A program made the position numbers and the translations under genes. From a virus (lineage: Duplodnaviria; Caudoviricetes), in the IMG/VR virus record IMGVR_UViG_3300025617_000909, positions 347 to 64,346 of that record: a stretch of 64,000 nt of DNA. One strand, 5' to 3'. Shown here piece by piece: positions 57,283 through 64,000 of the stretch. Position 1 is the stretch's first letter. The number at the start of each line of letters is the position of its first letter. Under the pieces are notes generated by a model that made no database searches, was not told the origin of the DNA, and saw only the letters and a list, made by a program, of their open reading frames with translations.

Positions 57283-58264
57283 GAATCTTATTATCTGCTG
57301 AACTTATACAAGTATCAGTAATACACTTAGATGGTGTCTTAAACAGCGTAAAACCGTCATACAGCGTGCCTAAAGGTTCTTCCTTACAACTGTATGCCCT
57401 CTTAACTTCGTTACCTCGTATAACACAACTTTGATAGCCTGCGTTACAGTTCCAATTTTTAAAACGGTTAAACCCTAATGAATTTAACCGTTCTGCCTGA
57501 TCAATATAATACTTCTTGCCTTCATAATCTTCAAGTTCTACTTGAAGTAGCGGTACTACTTCTTGGTACTCTTTCGGGATGGTTTGCGGGAAACCTTCTT
57601 GTAAGATTTTGATTTGCTCATCTGTGTAGCCTCCAACCACTGCTGTGGCGGTATCATTGGACTGGGGCTTGAGAGTGACATTAATACCTCTGGCGGCAAA
57701 TCGTTCAAGACGTTGATATAGTTCGTCAAACATTTCCGGCACCATGACTTGATTAATTGTAACATAGACGCCTCCTTTCATTAACTGCAAACATTTATCC
57801 CCAAACTCCTGTTCGTGAGCAAATTCAGCATGAAAACTAGCGGTTATGCTACGCCTATCGATATTAGCTGTTGCCTCTATCCATCTACCCCACCATATAC
57901 TACCGGGTGACAAGTTAGTTGTCATATGTAGGCTTTGATACTCTGCTTCACTATCATTGGCATAGTGTTCAATTACTTCGCCGAACTGTTTGTAAGCAGT
58001 CGGCTCTCCACCACTAAAACTAAAATGAAAGCGATTAAATCCGTTAGCTCTTGCTTGTCTTTTTATTTCATCAATGCCATTTGTGTACACTTCCAAGTTT
58101 AAATGATCTGGCTTATCGCTATGAGCATAAGGCCAACAGTAACTACAACTGTAATTGCAGAAACGTCCAAGTATCCAACTGACATTGAATACTCCTTCGT
58201 CTAACATCGTTCGTTGTCCGATTTTTGTTATATCTTCAAATGGTATTTTGTTAAAATTAAGCAT
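57269..58264 (-). CDS. Radical SAM protein
   Basis: CNYSCSYC, SGGEPT, C-terminal Cys cluster. Confidence 0.9.
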   Translation of the reverse strand: MLNFNKIPFEDITKIGQRTMLDEGVFNVSWILGRFCNYSCSYCWPYAHSDKPDHLNLEVYTNGIDEIKRQARANGFNRFHFSFSGGEPTAYKQFGEVIEHYANDSEAEYQSLHMTTNLSPGSIWWGRWIEATANIDRRSITASFHAEFAHEQEFGDKCLQLMKGGVYVTINQVMVPEMFDELYQRLERFAARGINVTLKPQSNDTATAVVGGYTDEQIKILQEGFPQTIPKEYQEVVPLLQVELEDYEGKKYYIDQAERLNSLGFNRFKNWNCNAGYQSCVIRGNEVKRAYSCKEEPLGTLYDGFTLFKTPSKCITDTCISSADNKIPKTQ

Positions 58265-58931
58265 TAAGATTCGTTCGATGGCATACTGAACCTTGCTGTA
58301 TTGCCAACACGTTTAGGTAGATCATTTTTAATAATTTGTTTAGGATTTTTTTATTGTTGAAAATAAGACAGTAGTCACTGAAGTAAGGATCCATGTCGAT
58401 GATGCTTTTGTAATCCGAGAGATGTAGCAATAAGTCATCGCCATATGTTCTATACAAATTATGTGCTATATTAACACTATAAGCAAATAATTCATCAGGA
58501 TCACTATAATACTTTTCTTGTTCATCAACTGAAAAACCTTCAAAATAATCCTCGTATAGTCTTACCTTATGTTGATATCTATGTATACTTTCGTGACATA
58601 AAGTATCTGCTACATCATATATAAATCTGTTATAATAAGATTCGTTCAGTTGAAATTTCTTTTCATATGCTTCGTTGAATATTTCTAGATGTATGCTTGT
58701 TTTTGTTTCGGTATCATATACACCCGAAACAGCAAAGCATCCTTTTACTGTAGGAGCTTTTCTAAATGTAATCTTCACATCGTCGAGGTGCGTTAGCATT
58801 TTTTTAACAATGCGCATAACCTCCTTACTGGAAACTCTTCCAGGCGACATGTGATTTAGAAGATACCTAATTACCCAATTTGGATCAATTATACTATCTT
58901 CTGAAAACAATTCTTCCTTTAGATAAGTCAT
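58257..58931 (-). CDS. HExxH zinc-metallopeptidase-like protein
   Basis: [10 protein letters not shown]...[11 protein letters not shown]. Confidence 0.6.
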   Translation of the reverse strand: MTYLKEELFSEDSIIDPNWVIRYLLNHMSPGRVSSKEVMRIVKKMLTHLDDVKITFRKAPTVKGCFAVSGVYDTETKTSIHLEIFNEAYEKKFQLNESYYNRFIYDVADTLCHESIHRYQHKVRLYEDYFEGFSVDEQEKYYSDPDELFAYSVNIAHNLYRTYGDDLLLHLSDYKSIIDMDPYFSDYCLIFNNKKILNKLLKMIYLNVLAIQQGSVCHRTNLNA

Positions 58932-59112
58932 ACACAGTAACCTCTACGTCAACATCGTCACCAACAATACATCGTATTTTATTTTTACGCATTCTGCCAC
59001 TCAAGTGTGCCAAAATAACATGTTCATATTCATCAACTTTAACACGATAAGTTGTATTTGGTAACACCTCTACTACTTTCCCTGATACTTCTAATAAATC
59101 TTCTTTAGCCAT
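58894..59112 (-). CDS. infA: Translation initiation factor IF-1
   Basis: [19 protein letters not shown]...[13 protein letters not shown]...[11 protein letters not shown]. Confidence 0.95.
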   Translation of the reverse strand: MAKEDLLEVSGKVVEVLPNTTYRVKVDEYEHVILAHLSGRMRKNKIRCIVGDDVDVEVTVYDLSKGRIVFRR

Positions 59113-59690
59113 TAAAGTCCTTCAAGAACATAATCTGCCGCATTATAGCCGATCATGTCTTCTGCTGTCATGTAAACATCACTAGCAGGTAATAATTTTT
59201 GTTTAATAATTTTATCTTCTAAATCTGTTGCTTCTTTTAATACATCAAACATTGCTTTGTTCAATCTATCTGTTTCTTTCCTAGTAGCCTTGATATCATG
59301 ATATTTTCCTACATCTTCTGTAGAACTAAATTGATGACACATTATGCCGGCGTTCTTGGAAATCCATCGCTCGCCTTTGGAGCCTGAAGCAAATATCATA
59401 AAGGCCGCACTCATGATACTACCATAGCCAATTGTACGAATAGTTAAGTTACTACACTTCATGACATCAATTAAACCCAATGCTTCGTATAAATCTCCGC
59501 CTTGCGAATTGATATAAATTGTTAATATCTTATCATTTTTTGATGTAAGATTTTCTGATACAATCCACTTTACACAATTATTGATATTTTCTTCAGCAAT
59601 TTCTCCCACAAGAAAATGTGTGGATTCGTCAAGAAGTTTGACACCAATGCGATCGTCTGCTCCAAAATATTCAAGTTTTTTAGTGGTCAT
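59112..59690 (-). CDS. clpP: ClpP-family protease subunit
   Basis: [28 protein letters not shown]. Confidence 0.85.
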   Translation of the reverse strand: MTTKKLEYFGADDRIGVKLLDESTHFLVGEIAEENINNCVKWIVSENLTSKNDKILTIYINSQGGDLYEALGLIDVMKCSNLTIRTIGYGSIMSAAFMIFASGSKGERWISKNAGIMCHQFSSTEDVGKYHDIKATRKETDRLNKAMFDVLKEATDLEDKIIKQKLLPASDVYMTAEDMIGYNAADYVLEGL

Positions 59691-59698
59691 ATATTTAC

Positions 59699-60460
59699 TT
59701 AGTCAGTTCTAATTGTTTTATTATACTGCCTTATTGACTCTAAGTAAACATTAGAATTGTCCAATTTGGCTAGAGCGTTGCTGTCTTTTGGAAAACATTT
59801 TCCGCCAAATCCTCTTTTTCCATCTGGACCAGGAACTGCTGTGTGAGCTCGCCCAATTCGTTCATCACTAGTGATTGCCCAACGAACTGATTCCCAGTCG
59901 CAATCGTGTTTTTCACAAATATCATATAAACTGTTAAACATAGATACTTTAGCTGAGAGAGCTGTGTTAATACCTAATTTAATTAATCCAGCACTTTTAA
60001 TATCAGTAACATGCCATGTCATATTTTGAGCATGGTCATAATCTAATAGCAACCTTCCGATATGATCCATTAAAGATTTATCCTCAGTTCCAAAAACAAC
60101 CAGTCTTGGTTTTAGCGCATCGTTGATAGAATTTGCTTCTGTTAAAAACTCTGGCCAGAAAATTGTTCGTTGATACACTTCAGAAATTTTCTTTAAGAAT
60201 ATTGGATCGCAAGTTGATCGAATTAGAACAATGCCATTGAATCCGCCTCGAAGTAATTTCTCGTAGCAGTGTTCAACATCTGTATAATCTAAACCTTCTT
60301 CAATACCATTTGTTGGTACTGAAATGATGGCGTAACAGTAATTTGAAAAATCTTCAATTATCAAACCCTTAGGCGGATCATAGTAATCCACATCATTATT
60401 AAAGATGGCGGCTGTTGCTGTGCCGCACACTCCTTGCCCAAATATTACAATTGAATTCAT
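59699..60460 (-). CDS. UDP-glucose/GDP-mannose dehydrogenase family protein
   Basis: GQGVCG, PEFL, GFGGKCFPKD. Confidence 0.85.
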   Translation of the reverse strand: MNSIVIFGQGVCGTATAAIFNNDVDYYDPPKGLIIEDFSNYCYAIISVPTNGIEEGLDYTDVEHCYEKLLRGGFNGIVLIRSTCDPIFLKKISEVYQRTIFWPEFLTEANSINDALKPRLVVFGTEDKSLMDHIGRLLLDYDHAQNMTWHVTDIKSAGLIKLGINTALSAKVSMFNSLYDICEKHDCDWESVRWAITSDERIGRAHTAVPGPDGKRGFGGKCFPKDSNALAKLDNSNVYLESIRQYNKTIRTD

Positions 60461-60904
60461 TTATACCTTCTCGACGTTAGTGCCGGACCTTGTTAGAAAA
60501 TCTATACCGTCTGTGCTACGATAATCGTTCTTGTAGTATACATTCTTTATACCGCTTTGATAGATTAGTTTAGCACAATCAATACAGGGAGAGTGTGTGA
60601 TGAAAATACTAGCACTGTCCCCACTCTCATTGGAACGTGCTAGTTTAGCAATAGCATTGCTTTCTGCGTGAAGTACTTCCGGTTTAGTTTTTAGTTCTCG
60701 ATAACCAAGTTCTCTAGCATTTACTTCAAACTCGCAACAGTTATCCCATCCACTGGGCATACCATTATACCCAATAGAGATAATGCGATCATCCTTTACA
60801 ACAATAGCACCTACATTCAAACGTTTTGCTGAACTTAGTTGCGCAAAGCGTTCCGCAACATCCATGTACGCTTCTATAAACTTTTGTTTCATTGTCTTTC
60901 CCAT
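60461..60904 (-). CDS. dCMP deaminase
   Basis: IGYNG, HAESNAI, SPCIDC. Confidence 0.9.
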   Translation of the reverse strand: MGKTMKQKFIEAYMDVAERFAQLSSAKRLNVGAIVVKDDRIISIGYNGMPSGWDNCCEFEVNARELGYRELKTKPEVLHAESNAIAKLARSNESGDSASIFITHSPCIDCAKLIYQSGIKNVYYKNDYRSTDGIDFLTRSGTNVEKV

Positions 60905-61275
60905 GTATTGTCGTAGGTATATCTAAAACTTCCTTTAGACTCCCAATTTGCTCTTTCTGGTTCAATGAGGCTTAAAAATAATTTTCCAGTTGGGCTAATA
61001 TATAGATGATATACTTTTCCGACAACAGGAATAAAATTATATTCTGCGTTATACACTAAACTAGTATCTTCTGCTAGTTGTACTAATTTAAAATAATCTT
61101 TTTTAAGTTCTTCAAATCTAGTTTCTAGTGCGTGTGTAGCATTTACACCTCGTTCATTTTTATGCTTTATTACGTCTGGTACAGTAAAGGCAGGTGCTCC
61201 TACATTAGTAGGATAAGGCATTGCGTTTGGGTAATCAACTACGTTGTCTGGTTTCTTTTTAATAGCCTGCTCCAT
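60889..61275 (-). CDS. DUF2452-like hypothetical protein
   Basis: PYPTNVGAP...FIPVVGKVYHLY...LSLIEP. Confidence 0.6.
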   Translation of the reverse strand: MEQAIKKKPDNVVDYPNAMPYPTNVGAPAFTVPDVIKHKNERGVNATHALETRFEELKKDYFKLVQLAEDTSLVYNAEYNFIPVVGKVYHLYISPTGKLFLSLIEPERANWESKGSFRYTYDNTWERQ

Positions 61276-61308
61276 GTCTTCTTAATCCAATATACGCACT
61301 TAAAGGCT

Positions 61309-61554
61309 TCACTTTTTACCTAACAATTTTAAATTCAATACAAAGTTTTCAACCAGTAACTTTGTAATGATAGCCTTGTCAATCATAGGGTCATGTTCCA
61401 TCTCTAGTACATGTGCCGCCATCATTACATAGGCTTCTTTTTCTGTGATGTTTAGTTCGCCCCAATCAATAGGATCGACCACTTCAGTTTCCATAGCAAT
61501 ATCTACAAGTAGTTTTACTTCTGGATTATCAATATCAAACATGTTCTCTGTCAT
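61309..61554 (-). CDS. Hypothetical protein
   Basis: Operon packing. Confidence 0.6.
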   Translation of the reverse strand: MTENMFDIDNPEVKLLVDIAMETEVVDPIDWGELNITEKEAYVMMAAHVLEMEHDPMIDKAIITKLLVENFVLNLKLLGKK

Positions 61555-61994
61555 ATACTCACCATTTGTGTTACTAAATTCATTGCGACCGCAGTACCAC
61601 TAATACTCGATCCAATCATAATTGCTCGGTCACCCCAAGCCATGCCTACATATACCCATCCCATGCTACTTAAAATATATGCTACCTGTCCATAGGTAAC
61701 AAGATTAGCACTGATCATGAATACACCGATAACTGCTAGTATCATTGCTGTCCACTTTACATACCAATCAGGTGTGCCAGTTGGTGTAGTAGGAGTTAGA
61801 TCTTCTACTTCATTTTGTAGTTCAGCAAGTTCTTGCTTGAGTCGCTTGCGTTCCTTAGACAATTCCATCGCAAGATTACGAGCCCTTGTCTGTGAGGAAA
61901 TCTCTTTGTATTCTTCTTGCGTAGTTGTATCGTCTATGTCCAAATCATCAATCCCAGAGCGATTCGTAGTACTTGCCAAAGAGTCTAAACCCAT
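61551..61994 (-). CDS. Hypothetical membrane protein
   Basis: Coiled coil followed by 3 hydrophobic helices. Confidence 0.65.
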   Translation of the reverse strand: MGLDSLASTTNRSGIDDLDIDDTTTQEEYKEISSQTRARNLAMELSKERKRLKQELAELQNEVEDLTPTTPTGTPDWYVKWTAMILAVIGVFMISANLVTYGQVAYILSSMGWVYVGMAWGDRAIMIGSSISGTAVAMNLVTQMVSI

Positions 61995-62667
61995 TGCTTA
62001 TTCTTTCTTGATATTTTTTACGACCTTCCCAGTCGTACTCTCTAGTATCGTTAGGTCCGCGAATCATTTCGCTGTTACCGTTCTCAAGTTTCTTCCACTG
62101 AATGTCGCTAGTACCAGTTTCAAACTGTTCTTCCCAACGTCCGTCGTCTACCTTAGTTTCAAACGCAAAGATCATTTCGTCAAGAACCCAATCCCAGCGT
62201 TCAAAATGTTTGTCATCTACTTCGCCGTTGTCTTTCTGCTTCTTAGTAAGTTTCTTACCGTGTAGCTCTTTGGGCACATCCTTTAGATCCACATAAGGAG
62301 CACCGTGTTTGGTAGCCTTCAGTTGCTTGAGCATAGGAAGGACAATGTATGCTAGGGTATGATCCATACTCCAAGTATCCCAGCGATCGATATGTACCCT
62401 AAGAGTACGCTTCTGCTTGCTGTGAATCCAACTTAGCAAACGATACAACCAAGTATGATGACGCTCACGATCCCACGATGTAACTTCGCCTACTTCTGGT
62501 TCTGGCTCAATGCTACCGTGAGCAAGCCATTCACCAAAACGATGTACACGTTCTGCTGTATGCGGGAAGCCAAACTCGTCTTTTTCTTTTGGCACCCAAA
62601 ACATAATTTTTTCAGCTAACTGATAAGGGCCAAACCAATCTGTGTAAGGTCCTATTTTGATTTTCAT
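61948..62667 (-). CDS. Conserved phage hypothetical protein
   Basis: WDTWSMDHTLA...HGAP...RWDWVLDEMIFAF...LFGKYYESLWD. Confidence 0.7.
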   Translation of the reverse strand: MKIKIGPYTDWFGPYQLAEKIMFWVPKEKDEFGFPHTAERVHRFGEWLAHGSIEPEPEVGEVTSWDRERHHTWLYRLLSWIHSKQKRTLRVHIDRWDTWSMDHTLAYIVLPMLKQLKATKHGAPYVDLKDVPKELHGKKLTKKQKDNGEVDDKHFERWDWVLDEMIFAFETKVDDGRWEEQFETGTSDIQWKKLENGNSEMIRGPNDTREYDWEGRKKYQERISNGFRLFGKYYESLWD

Positions 62668-62831
62668 TTCTTGTTCCTCGTTGTACACTTACCGCTCATA
62701 CACATAGGGCAGTAGTGCTTTCTATCCTCATGCTCGGTGCCATATGCTATTATAACACTACATCCGTCGCAGAGCAAGGCTCCTCGGCCGCCATTAAACT
62801 TAACTTGTGCGACCTTATATTTGCTTGTCAT
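62664..62831 (-). CDS. Small zinc-finger protein (55 aa)
   Basis: Manual translation ...KFNGGRGALLCDGC...HYCPMC...; ATGA overlap with the next gene. Confidence 0.6.
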   Translation of the reverse strand: MTSKYKVAQVKFNGGRGALLCDGCSVIIAYGTEHEDRKHYCPMCMSGKCTTRNKK

Positions 62832-62841
62832 AAATCTTCTT

Positions 62842-63981
62842 TCACTTTAATATCTCTACGATACGTTCTGCTAATTGTTTAAACCATTCAGCATCATGCC
62901 CTCGAGTAGTCTCTGCGGCTGTGCCAATACGGATACCACTTGTTTCTACAAAAGAACGTGGATCATTTGGTACACCGTTCTTGTTTACTGTGATGCCATT
63001 CTCTTCCAATAAGTCTGCGGCTTCACGACCCGAATACTTGCTTTCACTCAAGTCCAACAACAGTATATGACTATCTGTGCCACCTGTCAAGAGTTTAAAG
63101 CCGTTATCTACGAATACTCTTGCCATTTCGTTTGCGTTAACCACTACTTGTTTTGCGTATTCCTTGAATTCGTATGTATTGGCTTCTACAAAGCATTGTG
63201 CCTTTGCCGCAATAATGTGCATTAACGGTCCGCCCTGTGTACCCGGAAAGATAGCTGAGTTAATCTTACGAGTGTAATCCGGATTGTTCCATAGGATAAT
63301 ACCGCCGCGTGGACCACGTAATGTTTTGTGTGTAGTACTTGTAACAAAGTCAGCATATTGTACAGGCGACGGATAAATTCTTCCTGCGATCAGGCCTGAA
63401 TAGTGTGCCATGTCTACAAGCAGGTATGCTCCTACACTGTCAGCAATCTCTCTAAACATATTAAAGTCAATTGAACGTGGATAAGCACTGGCACCAGCCA
63501 CAATCATTTTTGGCATAACTTCTTTTGCTTGTGCTTGTATTGCCGCATAATCTAACCAACCGTTAGCATCTACACCATAGTGATGTGCTTGGTAAATCTT
63601 ACCTGAGATGTTTACGGGAGCACCATGGCTCAAGTGTCCACCACTTGCCAGATCCATCCCCATTATCTTATCACCGGGTTTTAGAAACGCTTGGTATACT
63701 GCTGTGTTGGCATTAGCACCCGAGTGTGGTTGTACGTTGGCAAACTCACATCCATAAAGTTCTTTGAGTTGTTCAATAGCAAGTGTCTCAATCTCGTCCA
63801 TGTGTTCACAACCGTTGTAGTAACGCTTGCCAGGATAGCCTTCCGCATACTTGTTAGTAAACACTGAGCCTGCTAGATCCATAACCGCATCACTGGCAAA
63901 GTTTTCACTTGCAATTAGTTCTACTGTTGTAGCCTGTCTTTTAGTTTCTCTTTTGAGAATTCCTTGAATTCTTTCATCCAT
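62842..63981 (-). CDS. glyA: Serine hydroxymethyltransferase
   Basis: LIASEN, NKYAEGYPGKRYY, TTHKTLRGPRGG. Confidence 0.96.
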   Translation of the reverse strand: MDERIQGILKRETKRQATTVELIASENFASDAVMDLAGSVFTNKYAEGYPGKRYYNGCEHMDEIETLAIEQLKELYGCEFANVQPHSGANANTAVYQAFLKPGDKIMGMDLASGGHLSHGAPVNISGKIYQAHHYGVDANGWLDYAAIQAQAKEVMPKMIVAGASAYPRSIDFNMFREIADSVGAYLLVDMAHYSGLIAGRIYPSPVQYADFVTSTTHKTLRGPRGGIILWNNPDYTRKINSAIFPGTQGGPLMHIIAAKAQCFVEANTYEFKEYAKQVVVNANEMARVFVDNGFKLLTGGTDSHILLLDLSESKYSGREAADLLEENGITVNKNGVPNDPRSFVETSGIRIGTAAETTRGHDAEWFKQLAERIVEILK

Positions 63982-64000
63982 AATATTATGTTACCTTTAT

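Noticed and set aside
498-63277. Numerous 60-190 aa antisense ORFs in the track (e.g. 498..731, 27510..28082, 29370..29855, 61717..62265)
   Set aside because: Shadows of real genes on the opposite strand, with no motifs or expression signals
1-64000. Alternative genetic code (stop-codon reassignment)
   Set aside because: Genes are intact and tightly packed under code 11, TAG and TGA end genes right at the next start, and no suppressor tRNA is present

Overview
A gene-dense, AT-rich segment of a large tailed dsDNA phage. T4-like baseplate motifs and TAAATA late-type promoters point to a myovirus or jumbo phage, and a marine alphaproteobacterial host is inferred from the YccA, RpoZ, IscA and GlyA-type genes. 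1-2 kb: Bax-inhibitor/YccA, MazG-like protein, GroES and a stand-alone DnaE fragment. 2-19 kb and 25-32 kb: virion, baseplate and tail-fibre genes, including a subtilase with a large insert. 19-25 kb: IscA, UvsE, phosphomannomutase, glycosyltransferases and a QueD-like gene. 33-44 kb: halogenase, deaminase, 2OG oxygenase, peroxiredoxin, RpoZ, aminotransferase and amidinotransferase. 38-45.6 kb: 8 tRNAs plus an oversized tRNA-like RNA. 46-58 kb: an island of six radical-SAM enzymes, four 2OG-type oxygenases and a QueC-like protein. 58-64 kb: IF-1, ClpP, UDP-glucose dehydrogenase, dCMP deaminase and GlyA. The main discovery is a complete ribosome-coupled transcription attenuator (45430-45619) in front of the tRNA array. 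It consists of a sigma70 promoter, a leaderless 26-codon peptide containing codons read by each of the 8 phage tRNAs, mutually exclusive antiterminator and terminator hairpins, and a boxA. This suggests a sensor that switches on phage tRNAs when host tRNAs are depleted. All calls come from motif reading by eye; no database search or folding program was run.
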